A DNA stretch of 64,000 nucleotides, taken from NCBI GenBank assembly GCA_038040225.1, contig JBBPIS010000024.1:4259-68258 (forward strand). The letters run 5' to 3'. The position numbers and the translations under genes were made by a program. The first letter of the stretch is position 1. Each line of letters begins with the position of its first letter. The notes below the pieces were generated by a model that saw only the letters and a list, made by a program, of their open reading frames with translations, did not search any database and was not told where the DNA came from. This document shows, one piece after another, positions 8,601 through 17,444 of this stretch. The stretch comes from Planctomycetota bacterium. GTDB taxonomy: Bacteria; Planctomycetota; Planctomycetia; Planctomycetales; Planctomycetaceae.

Positions 8601-9989
8601 CTGGCCTACCGCGAGATCAAGTCGAGCAGCGGTGGCTTGCCCGGCTGCCCGGTCGGCAAGTTGTCGGTCCCCGACGCGATTTCCCAGCAACGCGCCGCCG
8701 TGATGGCGATGCGACCCCGTCTGCCCTTGTCCATCGTGAAGCCCGCCGAACCGGCTTCGGTCCGAAAGGTCGATCTGAAGAAGCAGGATCTTGGGCTGAT
8801 CCTGGGCAGCAATGATTGGCCTACCGGGACGCTGTTTGAAGCCTCAGGCAACGGCCTCTGTTCGATGTCGCCCGCGAAAGTTGAGGGCCGGTCGTTGCGC
8901 ATCGTCTTCCGCCAGATCGACGGCACTCCGCTGAGACTGCACGCCAGGACGAGTGACGGCAAGGCACCGGATGCGACGGCGCTGTTCTCGATCACCCGCG
9001 GTTCGCTGGAGTTGACGAACGCGGTTCTCGAATGTCCGGCCGCAGCCAAGTTGAGTGCTCCGCCGTGGATGATTCTCGCCAACGACGCGACGCTCATCCT
9101 GAACGGTTGCCGATTGCAGGGGTCCGAAGTTGACGGGCCTCACCAGCAGGGACTCATTCGATGGATGACTGCGGCACCGGCAGCCGGGGCCGCGCTGGCC
9201 GAACTGCCGGTTCTTTTTTGTCGGGACAGTTATCTGACCGGCTTCGGCTGCGGCATCCGTGTGGAATCGGGGCAGGGTCACATCGTGCTCAGGAACAGCA
9301 TCATCGCGATTCGCGGAGATGGTGCCGCAGTTCGGGGAGACTGTCTGGACCTGCGTCCCGTTCGCGCGGGGGACACGTTGCTCACGGCGGTCGATGCCGA
9401 ACACGTCACGTTCTCGGCGGGCGGTGCCGCGATCCGAGTGCAGGCCGTGACCGGCAGCGATCAGCCGGTCAGTTCGCCGTTGCGACTGTTCGTCGAACGG
9501 TGCGCCGTGGCGCCGCCGCTGGTGTTCAAGGCGGGTGAAGGGAGCGATGCCACGCTGGTCAGATGTGACGGGCCGGTGCTCGAACAGAAGCAGTTTGAGT
9601 GGTGGGGTGTCTCGAACGGCGTGGCGAAGCAGGTCGTTCAGTTCCTCCACCGCGAAGGGGATCCCTCCGGAGCCTCGGACAAGACGGGAGTCGCCGCGTG
9701 GCGTCAGACATGGGGCAAATCGAACGACGTGCGGATGCTGATCGGCGACAGTGGGGTCTACCTCGCGGGAGAACTGCCGATCAAATGGAAGGATTTGCGT
9801 CCGAGTTCATTCGAGTTGCATAAAAACTCCAAGGCGGCGACCTGGGCGGAAGGCAAGCCGATCGGCGCGAACGTGCGCGGCGTTGATGATGGCAGCATCG
9901 CGAAAAAGGCAGGGCCGGAACCGACGACAGGTACGAAGGCCGCGCCCGGCGCGACAGCTCCGACCCCCAAAAAGAATGTTGGCTTCTGA
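5679..9989 (+). CDS. Membrane-anchored Hanks-type Ser/Thr kinase with large C-terminal region
   Basis: IGAGGMGTV, VALKVL, HRDIKPSN, DLGLA, GTVDYMSPEQ; acidic linker; one TM (VIVAILGLGWLI); GAGG before ATG 5679. Confidence 0.92.
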   Translation: MTADGKAAVTGAGAQPPESVTEMKLIGKYQIEKRIGAGGMGTVYLARDTQLKRVVALKVLSRDKAQNPTLVKRFQAEAQAAAQLRHDNIVAVYDSGEADGYLFIAMEYVEGQDLFEMVQRRGVTPVKRSIEIIKQVAAALQHAYEQNIVHRDIKPSNLLIARHNGMVKLTDLGLARSVDDTLETNITRAGTTVGTVDYMSPEQARNSKLADIRSDLYSLGCTWYHMLTGEPPYPEGSVTNKLQAHAIKPIPDPRAKNPKIPEGLTAVLQRLMAKKPEDRYQTPAELLDDLKHATLTHGAISREILGNLSDYDQKTVGHAGAASDDEDDDDGYDDEDDDDYDEAVEEQATPDHVPTSYAPTRRKVTKAPRETDEEDEVETHSTPTRSRDSKENSEPAEVERLRSNKPKVTKAPRETDEEDEAETRSTPNRSRDSKENSDPAELERVRRNKPKTTKAAEEEIAADSRHSSPKPRDAKSDPKPADSTPAKARSHKPLPPKREPVKEAGDEVKKGISPETLRYLGAFSGVIVAILGLGWLIQAFSGNVGFDSNPFAGAPDPKAVQQAAVANPPPNANTKTSDQTAAKGNDSATAVTPTVPVRVNAPVAEFDVEALPTWASKDAEPTGLPIRTVGPGAASESRFQTLDEALRALPPAGAIVKLEGGGPFPLSTVELSNVKRLVLMSASTQDRAVIALKPSENNGTVGIKLTDGILEVRGIHFALDRNQFPGGAKILEVVDGQLFVQQSSFTATGPDSVATVAMVASSTQDATVEPRLAPSVLVDRVVVRGDGLKGLAVQRANVDVVVRDSLLVTGSAAAVELTGHLTAGVADAVTHKPRRIVRVIRSTVYSRRCAFDLSTSSDSGSKPPRTDIVMQDSLCCAQGVAENSALILAARWPQVRSTTENWLTRLKWISKGSLYLGFEQLVDLGSDFKVSDATAWQRVWYGKHDTRQFHKLTFPDAAPGDLSTVSPQEFESSSLAYREIKSSSGGLPGCPVGKLSVPDAISQQRAAVMAMRPRLPLSIVKPAEPASVRKVDLKKQDLGLILGSNDWPTGTLFEASGNGLCSMSPAKVEGRSLRIVFRQIDGTPLRLHARTSDGKAPDATALFSITRGSLELTNAVLECPAAAKLSAPPWMILANDATLILNGCRLQGSEVDGPHQQGLIRWMTAAPAAGAALAELPVLFCRDSYLTGFGCGIRVESGQGHIVLRNSIIAIRGDGAAVRGDCLDLRPVRAGDTLLTAVDAEHVTFSAGGAAIRVQAVTGSDQPVSSPLRLFVERCAVAPPLVFKAGEGSDATLVRCDGPVLEQKQFEWWGVSNGVAKQVVQFLHREGDPSGASDKTGVAAWRQTWGKSNDVRMLIGDSGVYLAGELPIKWKDLRPSSFELHKNSKAATWAEGKPIGANVRGVDDGSIAKKAGPEPTTGTKAAPGATAPTPKKNVGF
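6765..7040 (+). repeat. In-frame 132-bp tandem repeat (2 copies + start of a third) in kinase linker
   Basis: AAGGTGACGAAGGCCCCCCGCGAAACGGACGAGGAG at 6765 and 6897; AAGACGACAAAGGCC at 7029. Confidence 0.9.
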
Positions 9990-10008
9990 GTGAACCGCGA
10001 GGACGGCG

Positions 10009-11730
10009 TCACAGCTGCGACTGGCTGACGAGCGGGTGGTCCTCATCCAGGCGCGGCCAGGCGAGTGTGAACCGCGAGCCTTCGCCCAGGCGGCTTTCGA
10101 CCGCAATGTCGCCTCCGTGTTCGCGGATGATTTTCAGGCTGACGGCCAGCCCCAGCCCGGTGCCTCGCGCCCCCTTGGTCGATTCAAACACGTTGAAGAT
10201 CCGCGTGAGTTGGTCTTCCGGAATCCCGGGCCCATTGTCCGACACGGCCACCCACAGCATGTCGGACTCGGTGTGCAGGCCGGTTTCGACCAGAACGAGC
10301 GCCCGGTCGGAACCTTCGACGGCGTCGATGGCGTTGGTCACGATGTTCAACACCGCGCGGTGAATCCCCTCGGGGTCGAACGTACACATCGGCAGGTTCG
10401 CGTCGGGCTGGAATTGCAGATCAACCGAGCATTCCGCCGCACGCGCCTGCATCAACTCGACCACGTCGCTCACCGTCTCATTGAGCTGGGCAGGCACGAG
10501 GGCTGGCTGGCGCTCCTTGCTGAAGGTCAGCATGTCCATGACGAGGTGATAAATCTTGTTCTGGTTCTTCTCGACGACGTGCCAGCCCTTTCGCACGAGT
10601 TCCTCGTTGTGGTCGTTGAGTCCCATGTCGATCAGGTAGCTGCCGCCGCGCACGCCCTGCAGAATGTTCTTGATGTGGTGGCTGAGTGTCGCGATCGTCT
10701 GACCCATCGCCGCCAGTCGCTCGGCCTTGACGAAGGCCTGCTGATAGCGGTTGTTTTCGACGGCCAGGGCCGCCTGTCGTCCGATGGCAATCAGCAGCCG
10801 CAGTTGATCCTCGCGAAATCCACTCGCCTTCCCCTGCAACAGCAGCCGATCGGCCGGCGTGGTGATGTCGATGTAGATGACACCCATCAATTCTTGACGT
10901 CCCTGCATCGGAACGCACATCGCCTCGCGAATGCCCGCCTGCACGATGCTGCGTGCCGGGTCGAAGCGGCTGTCGTGCTGGGCGTCCGTCGTGCGCACGC
11001 CCTGGTTGTTCTTGAGCACATAGTCCACGATCGTGCGCGAGACCGGCATGCGCGAGCCGGGGTCGGCCGCCCCGCGCTGACTGGCCACTCGCGGACGAAT
11101 CTCGCCCGATTGCGGATCGGTCAGCAGCACGCACCCCCGATCCGCGCCGACCGCCTCAATGGTCAGGTCGAGGATGCGCTGGAGTGACTGGTCCATCGAG
11201 ACCGACGGCCTCACGACCTCCTCGGCGATCCGGTACAACACCGCCAGGTTGGACGGCGAGTTTTCTTCGCCGGCGGGAATCGATGGAGCCGAAGACGACA
11301 GAACCTGGCGATCGATCTCACTGACGATGCTCGATCGGTCGGCCGGGTCGTGCCTCTGCAAGAGGTGAACACGTTCGGCGACGGTGTGCGACAGGCTCTC
11401 CCGCTCGGCATCGGCGAACAACAGCAGCGTATGTCCCAACTGAATCAGATCGCCGTCAGCCAGCGAATGCGAGCGCACGGCCACGCCGTTCACCAGCGTG
11501 CCGTTCGAGCTGTTGCGGTCGGTCAGGACAAACGTGTCTTTCACCCGCTGAATCGTGGCGTGCAGCCGCGAGACCTCCGTGTCGAGGATGCGGACCTCGT
11601 TCTGGACGCCGCGTCCCATCGCAATGGGCTGCTCGCCCAATTCAAAGCGTGCGCCCTGTTCGACCCCCTGCACGACGAGTAGCGATGCTCTGTTCACGAC
11701 GACGATCCGAAAAGTCACTCGCGCGGTCAT
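10009..11730 (-). CDS. FHA-GAF sensor histidine kinase
   Basis: FHA (GR...VSRLHA...SSNGT), GAF, H-box LSHHIKN, N-box NIVTNA, DNGPGI, GTGLGL; no TM. Confidence 0.9.
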   Translation of the reverse strand: MTARVTFRIVVVNRASLLVVQGVEQGARFELGEQPIAMGRGVQNEVRILDTEVSRLHATIQRVKDTFVLTDRNSSNGTLVNGVAVRSHSLADGDLIQLGHTLLLFADAERESLSHTVAERVHLLQRHDPADRSSIVSEIDRQVLSSSAPSIPAGEENSPSNLAVLYRIAEEVVRPSVSMDQSLQRILDLTIEAVGADRGCVLLTDPQSGEIRPRVASQRGAADPGSRMPVSRTIVDYVLKNNQGVRTTDAQHDSRFDPARSIVQAGIREAMCVPMQGRQELMGVIYIDITTPADRLLLQGKASGFREDQLRLLIAIGRQAALAVENNRYQQAFVKAERLAAMGQTIATLSHHIKNILQGVRGGSYLIDMGLNDHNEELVRKGWHVVEKNQNKIYHLVMDMLTFSKERQPALVPAQLNETVSDVVELMQARAAECSVDLQFQPDANLPMCTFDPEGIHRAVLNIVTNAIDAVEGSDRALVLVETGLHTESDMLWVAVSDNGPGIPEDQLTRIFNVFESTKGARGTGLGLAVSLKIIREHGGDIAVESRLGEGSRFTLAWPRLDEDHPLVSQSQL

Positions 11731-11939
11731 GCCATCAAGTTGGCGAGCCGCCGCAACGGGCCGCATACTATCCGCGTGATCAGCACCTCTGACAACTGCC
11801 GGACGATGTTTTCGTCATCGCTGAGAGGATTGCGGCGAGCGGTCCGACTCGCAGGGAAAGCCGCTGGCCTGCCTGTCATCCGTCGAGTGCAAGTTGGATG
11901 TGACCTTGGACAGGCAAGCCGGCGGCTGACCCTGCGGAA

Positions 11940-12287
11940 TCACGCCGCCGCGTTTTCGTCCAGCAATTCCTCGATCAGTCGGACCAACTCGGGGTACTGG
12001 AACGGCTTCGCGAGGAATCGTTCGCCGTGGGCTGTGGAGGACGGGCGGTGCGATCCGAGGAGAACTCGCAGTGAATTCTGCCAGGGCGAGACCGTCCGCA
12101 GGGCATCGGGCTCCGCATCGAGATCGATCACAACGACCTCGGGGGACGAAGACGCATCGAGACGGGAGGCGAATCGATGGTTCCGATGGCGTCCGACCGA
12201 GGTTCCGCGCGGTTCGAGCACGGCCTTGAGCACGGTTTCCGTATCCGATGACCCGTCAATGACGAGCACGCGCGGCAATGAGTTCAC
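11940..12287 (-). CDS. Small atypical single-domain receiver protein
   Basis: RVLVID, VVVIDLD, LAKPF...ELV pattern; GTG start with AAGGA upstream. Confidence 0.6.
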   Translation of the reverse strand: MNSLPRVLVIDGSSDTETVLKAVLEPRGTSVGRHRNHRFASRLDASSSPEVVVIDLDAEPDALRTVSPWQNSLRVLLGSHRPSSTAHGERFLAKPFQYPELVRLIEELLDENAAA

Positions 12288-12472
12288 TCGGCCGTCCTTG
12301 CCTTGTAGAGTCGGGTGGTTTTCGCAAAGAACCACGCTCAATTTGCCGAGCCGATCCTTCGGCTCGTCGTTGCGGACGGGACTGTAGTCGGAAGCGAAAA
12401 ACCTGTCAAAACCAAGTTGGCATCGGAAAACACGGCTGCGAACGGCGAATGTGCGACGCGGGAATATCTGTT

Positions 12473-12520
12473 GTGGCCGACGCTGCCAGCGTCGGTTCGG
12501 ATGCTGGCAGCATCCGCCAC
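12473..12520. repeat. REPIN: inverted pair of GTGG-type REPs
   Basis: GTGGCCGACGCTGCCAGCGTCGG plus reverse copy GTGGCGGATGCTGCCAGCATCC. Confidence 0.75.
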
Positions 12521-12554
12521 GAAAGGACGCCGATTGATGCGCCGGCCTTTCCCC

Positions 12555-12839
12555 TCACATCAGCATCACGAGCCCGGGCAGTTCGCGGATTCGAGCGAAG
12601 ATGACCAGCACCTGCTCGGAGGATTCGATCCACGGTTCGACAGTGACCGCCACATGGCGGCCTCCCGTTGTGTGACGCAGGTCGTGGGGCGGGTCGAAGT
12701 CGTGAGACAGGGTTTCGCGCACCACGGCCACCACCCGCGCGGCGAACTCGTCCTCGCTGCGACCGATCGCCTTGAACAGGAATTTTCCGGGGAATTGATG
12801 AGTGGCGTCGAGCAGTTCTTGCGGAGGCAATTGACTCAT
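12555..12839 (-). CDS. DUF493 / YbeD-like protein (94 aa)
   Basis: MSQLPPQELLDATHQFPGKFLFKAIG...GGRHVAVT...VMLM, the C-terminal part of track ORF 12555..14054. Confidence 0.75.
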   Translation of the reverse strand: MSQLPPQELLDATHQFPGKFLFKAIGRSEDEFAARVVAVVRETLSHDFDPPHDLRHTTGGRHVAVTVEPWIESSEQVLVIFARIRELPGLVMLM

Positions 12840-13121
12840 GATTCGTCGAGTCCGAAGGGAATTGATTCGCGGACGAATCGTATCGCGCGGGCCTACCAAA
12901 CACGAACGCGGTTGATCGACGTTCGTCGGCACCCGTTCCACGCGGCAACCTCGCTTGCGAAACGGCTGCTGGGCGACAACACTAGCCGTCGATTCGACAT
13001 CCCGCTTCCAGAATATCCACCGATCAAATAGCCTTCTGTGGACCGTCGCAGTGAGTTGACCGGCTGACTGTTCGGGTGCGTCTTTGAACGGCGACTGGTT
13101 GCTCACTGGAATTGATCTGCA

Positions 13122-13967
13122 ATGAGGGGTCTTGGGTTGAACATCATGCAAGCGTTGGGTCGCAAGACCAAGGGCAAGGGCAAGGTTCCGCTGTACAACG
13201 AAGACGAGCGGGAGGGTCTGAGAACGGCTGGGCGGTTCAACGCTCAATTGATGGACTTTCTCAGGCCGCACGTCAAGGCGGGCGTCACCACCATCGAACT
13301 CGACCGGTTGGTGTACGAGTACACGCTGGATCACGGTCATACGCCCGCCTGTCTCGGATACAAGAACTACCCGAGCACCATCTGCACCAGCGTCAACGAA
13401 GTGGTCTGTCACGGTATTCCGAACCGCATGCCGCTGCGTGAGGGCGACATCGTCAACATTGACCTGACGACCATCGTCGATGGCTGGCATGGTGACTCTT
13501 CCGAAACGTTCCTGATCGGGCGGGTGGCCGACGAAGCCCGCAAGCTGGTGCAGGCCGCATTCGACTCGATGCACGTCGGCATCGACGCCATACAGGTCTA
13601 CGGCAAGCTGCTCGACATCGGCCGGTCGATCGAGCGGTTCGCCCGCGTCCGCGGTTACTCGGTCGTGCAGGAATATCAGGGCCACGGATTGGGTCGCGAG
13701 TTCCATCAGGAGCCGGGGGTGCCGCACTACGTCCCGAAGTCGGGAACCCCGAACCTGATGCTGGAACCGGGAATGTGTTTCACGGTGGAGCCGATGATCA
13801 ACGCCGGGACGTGGCGCACGATGCTCGACAACCGCGACAAGTGGACCGTGCGCACGATGGACCTGTCCCTGTCGGCTCAGTTCGAGCACACCATTCTCGT
13901 CACCGAGTCCGGTCCCGAGGTGTTGACCTACACGCAGAACGGACCACTGCCGGGACACAAGTTCTGA
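13122..13967 (+). CDS. map: Type I methionine aminopeptidase
   Basis: [48 protein letters not shown]. Confidence 0.95.
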   Translation: MRGLGLNIMQALGRKTKGKGKVPLYNEDEREGLRTAGRFNAQLMDFLRPHVKAGVTTIELDRLVYEYTLDHGHTPACLGYKNYPSTICTSVNEVVCHGIPNRMPLREGDIVNIDLTTIVDGWHGDSSETFLIGRVADEARKLVQAAFDSMHVGIDAIQVYGKLLDIGRSIERFARVRGYSVVQEYQGHGLGREFHQEPGVPHYVPKSGTPNLMLEPGMCFTVEPMINAGTWRTMLDNRDKWTVRTMDLSLSAQFEHTILVTESGPEVLTYTQNGPLPGHKF

Positions 13968-13970
13968 TAG

Positions 13971-14046
13971 AAGGTTGAGGGTTGTAGAGGGAAGAGGGAT
14001 GCAAAGCCGGAAGATTTTCATCCCTCTTCCTTCATCCCTCAACCTT
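13971..14046. repeat. Purine/pyrimidine-armed long hairpin after map
   Basis: AAGGTTGAGGG/CCCTCAACCTT and GGAAGAGGGATG/CATCCCTCTTCC arms. Confidence 0.75.
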
Positions 14047-14165
14047 TTTCCCAACGGATTGTCACGTCCCCGTCACCGGGCTAAGATGCCGGGCACTGAA
14101 CAGAGCCTCATCCGGGGATGAGGTTTGATCGCCTCTCCGATTCCCGTGAGAAGGATCTTGCCATC

Positions 14166-15188
14166 ATGAGCGACCGGCTGAGTTGGATGCTCCTGTCGTT
14201 CCCGCTCCCTCAACTGGGCTCGCTGCGGATCCGTGTCAGTTGGTTTTTCCTGCTGCTGCTCATGGTGTACGCGGTCCGCTTTCCGGCGGTCCTGGCCCTG
14301 GCGGTGGTTGGAATCGTGTTGGTCTCCGTGCTGTTGCACGAGTTGGGACATGTCGCCGGGGCGCGACTGACGGGCGGATCGGCCAACGAAATCCATCTGA
14401 CTCCGCTGGGCGGACTCGCATTCGTGCAACCGGGTCGTGGCACGCTGGCCCAGGTGTTGACGACGGCCGCCGGACCTTTTGTCAATCTGATGATTTGCCT
14501 CGCTGCGTTTCCCGGCAGTTACGCTCCCGATGTCTTGTGGGGTGTGCTGAATCCGCTGGTCCTGCCCGTGGACCCCGTGGGTTCGTTGAGCGGAGACCGC
14601 CTGATGCGGGATCTGGGACTGATCACGTTCGCGGTCAACTGGCTGCTGCTGCTCATCAACCTGATGCCGATTGTGCCGCTCGATGGCGGTCACATGGTGA
14701 AGGCCCTGTTGGCGACTCGGATTCATCCCGAGTTGGTGAGCCGCGCCGCGTTTCAAGTCGGCGTGGTTTTCTCTGGCGTGCTGATGTTGGCGGGACTGTT
14801 CGGGGACTGGTCACCCATCGTTTTTGTCGGTGCCATCCTGATGGTCGTCAACGTGGTGCAGTTGTTTGAGGAACAGACCTCGGAATTGCTGGACGATTCG
14901 TTCCTGGGCTACGACTTCTCTGAAGGCTATACCAGTCTGGACCGCTCGGCTCCGGCATCGTCGACCCCGCGCGAAGCACGCCAAAGTCCGCTGCAGCGCT
15001 GGCGCGAACAGCGTCGACTGCGGCGCGAACAGGAAGAGCGACAGCAGCAGGCGGAAGCCGAACGCCAACTCGACAGCCTGCTCGCCAAGGTCCACGAGCA
15101 CGGAATGGCATCGTTGACCGCTCGCGAGCAACGTCTGCTGCAACAGGTCAGTGATCTGCTGCGCGAGCGGGGCAAGCGCCCCTCGTAG
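14166..15188 (+). CDS. Site-2 (M50) intramembrane metalloprotease with C-terminal coiled coil
   Basis: HELGH, AGPFVN, NLMPIVPLDGG; C-terminal LDSLLAKVHEHG..SLT.RE. Confidence 0.88.
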   Translation: MSDRLSWMLLSFPLPQLGSLRIRVSWFFLLLLMVYAVRFPAVLALAVVGIVLVSVLLHELGHVAGARLTGGSANEIHLTPLGGLAFVQPGRGTLAQVLTTAAGPFVNLMICLAAFPGSYAPDVLWGVLNPLVLPVDPVGSLSGDRLMRDLGLITFAVNWLLLLINLMPIVPLDGGHMVKALLATRIHPELVSRAAFQVGVVFSGVLMLAGLFGDWSPIVFVGAILMVVNVVQLFEEQTSELLDDSFLGYDFSEGYTSLDRSAPASSTPREARQSPLQRWREQRRLRREQEERQQQAEAERQLDSLLAKVHEHGMASLTAREQRLLQQVSDLLRERGKRPS

Positions 15189-15221
15189 GCGGAGCGGGAA
15201 ACAGAAGTCCCGAAAGCAACG

Positions 15222-15375
15222 TTCCAAAACTCAAGTTCCAAAAACCAAACGAATCCCCAATCTCAAAGACTGAAATCCCAAACCTCTCCACGCGCGGACC
15301 GCTCCGCTGCACAAGTTTGGAATTTGTCTTTTGGTGCTTGAGATTCGTTTGGTCTTTGGAACTTGAGCTTTGATT
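15222..15375. repeat. 7-mer-periodic long inverted repeat (CCAAAC/GAATC type)
   Basis: CTCAAGTTCCAAAAACCAAACGAATC versus GATTCGTTTGGTCTTTGGAACTTGAG; related to 23203-23349. Confidence 0.8.
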
Positions 15376-15708
15376 TTTCCGCCTCAGTTGTCGCACCGCG
15401 CTTGTTTCATAGTCATCGGCGACACTGCACCGGTGATGCGTGCGGTTCGAGCGGCAACGATTGCGACGGCGTCTCCCACCATTCCGGCCGCAGCGGTCGG
15501 ATGAGTTGTTCCGGTCGGACGGGGAAGAGAATCTCATCGCCTTGGCCCCGCGAGCCAACATCCGGTTGCGAGAGCCACGGTATGACCTAGAGTTGCGAGG
15601 ACACGATCTCTCCCCAAGCGGGATGGTTCGCCGCAATTCGACTCCAACGAAACGCGGTCTGACCATTCCGGCATTCGAGTTCGCCTTCGACTCGCTGGAA
15701 CATCGCAA

Positions 15709-17391
15709 ATGGCCGATTGGCTGTTCGACAATCCAACCACCGACACCGGTACGTTGGCCGTGATGGATGCCTGCCAGCATGCCACCGACGACGCGCCGCC
15801 CGCGGCCATGTTGCGCGAGTTCGCCGAGGCGACCGGTCTCCCTTGCCTGTGTCTGGATCGAGAACTGGGCCGCATTGTCGGACAGTCACATCCCGACATG
15901 CTGCCGTTCGTCCCGGCCGAGCTCCTGCAGCGATTGGAAGCGGTCTCGGCCATCGAGATTCGCAGGGTGGGCGAGCACCTCACGTCCTTCGCCTTGCCGC
16001 TGGCGACTGACGACCGGTTTGTCGTCGCCGGCTACGTGCTGCCGACGCGCGGGTCGCGACCGCCAGAATTGCTGCTCACCGCCATTGAGGCCGACTGGAA
16101 TGAAGCCCGTTTGAATGTATGCCTCGACTCCGTCCCCGTCTGCGAGGCGAAGTTGCTGCAACGTCTGCTCGATAGCGTGGGGCGCGAGTTCCGCCAGCGA
16201 CGACGCGAGGCCGAACTGCAACTGGAATTGAACGCCCTCAGCCAGCAGATCGACTACACCTACGAAGAGATCAGTCTGCTGCACCGACTGACGCACAACC
16301 TGCAGTTGTCGCGGCCGCGCGAAGAACTGGCCGACATGTGCGTGCGCGGTCTGCACGCCCTGATCGAAAGTGCGGGAGCGGTGATTTGCCTGGAAGACCC
16401 CGAGCACGGGATGCACTTCCTCATGCAGGGCCGTCTGCCATTCGATCAATCGGGACTGGCGAGACTGCTCGCACGCTTCGAACAACACGACTGGACCAAG
16501 CCGCTGGTGAAGAACAAGCTGCAGCACACGCTGCTTGGTGCGGACTTCCCCGGTTTGAAGAATCTCGTGATCGTGCCGATTGGCGACCCGCAGCACCGCC
16601 GTGGTTGGATCGTCTGCACGAATCTGCGGGGGGGACGCGACTTCGGATCCATCGAAGCCAACCTCGTCAGTTCCATCGCCACGATTCTCGGGACGCACGT
16701 GCGCAACATCGAGTTGTACGACGAGCACGACGATCTGCTGGTGGGCTTTGTGCGCTCCCTGGTTTCGACGCTGGATGCCAAAGACCCGTACACCCGCGGT
16801 CACAGCGAACGCGTCGCGCTGGTGGCGCGACGACTCGGCGAACAACTGGGACTCGAAGTGGGTGATCTCGACGACATCTATCTCTCCGGCTTGCTGCACG
16901 ACATCGGCAAGGTCGGAGTCGACGATCGAATTCTCGCCAAGCCCGGCCAGTTGACCGAGGAGGAGTTCCGACAGATTCAACTCCACCCGATGATCGGCTT
17001 CCTGATTCTGCAGCAACTCAAGAACCTCAAGTCGATTCTGCCGGGAGTGCGGAATCACCACGAGGCATTCAACGGCAAGGGCTATCCCGACAAGCTCAAG
17101 GGAGACGAGATCCCGCTGATGGCGCGGATCATCGCCGTGGCCGACAGCTACGACGCCATGGTCAGCGACCGCCCCTATCGCAAGGGGATGCCGATCGAGC
17201 GACTGGAGGACATCTTCCGCCGCGGTGCCAACGAACAGTGGGATCCGCGCGTGATCGAGGCGTTCTTCGTCGTCAAGGAAGACATCAAGCAGCTCTGCGA
17301 ATCCTACTCCCCCGCGCGAGGCAACCTGCTGCGCGAGAAGTCGACCAGTCGCTCCGGCATTCTCTCGGCGCGAACGCTGCTGCGGCAGTAG
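15709..17391 (+). CDS. GAF-like + HD-GYP c-di-GMP phosphodiesterase
   Basis: YTRGHSERV, LHDIGK, HHE, GYP, AVADSYDAM, RPYR all intact. Confidence 0.9.
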   Translation: MADWLFDNPTTDTGTLAVMDACQHATDDAPPAAMLREFAEATGLPCLCLDRELGRIVGQSHPDMLPFVPAELLQRLEAVSAIEIRRVGEHLTSFALPLATDDRFVVAGYVLPTRGSRPPELLLTAIEADWNEARLNVCLDSVPVCEAKLLQRLLDSVGREFRQRRREAELQLELNALSQQIDYTYEEISLLHRLTHNLQLSRPREELADMCVRGLHALIESAGAVICLEDPEHGMHFLMQGRLPFDQSGLARLLARFEQHDWTKPLVKNKLQHTLLGADFPGLKNLVIVPIGDPQHRRGWIVCTNLRGGRDFGSIEANLVSSIATILGTHVRNIELYDEHDDLLVGFVRSLVSTLDAKDPYTRGHSERVALVARRLGEQLGLEVGDLDDIYLSGLLHDIGKVGVDDRILAKPGQLTEEEFRQIQLHPMIGFLILQQLKNLKSILPGVRNHHEAFNGKGYPDKLKGDEIPLMARIIAVADSYDAMVSDRPYRKGMPIERLEDIFRRGANEQWDPRVIEAFFVVKEDIKQLCESYSPARGNLLREKSTSRSGILSARTLLRQ

Positions 17392-17444
17392 CCGCTCCGG
17401 GATAGTGCCACCTTCGTCAAACTGACCCACTACTCACCCGTCAC

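Noticed and set aside
12840-14054. Upstream 400 codons of track ORF 12555..14054
   Set aside because: Antisense to map; only the last 94 aa look like a real DUF493 protein.
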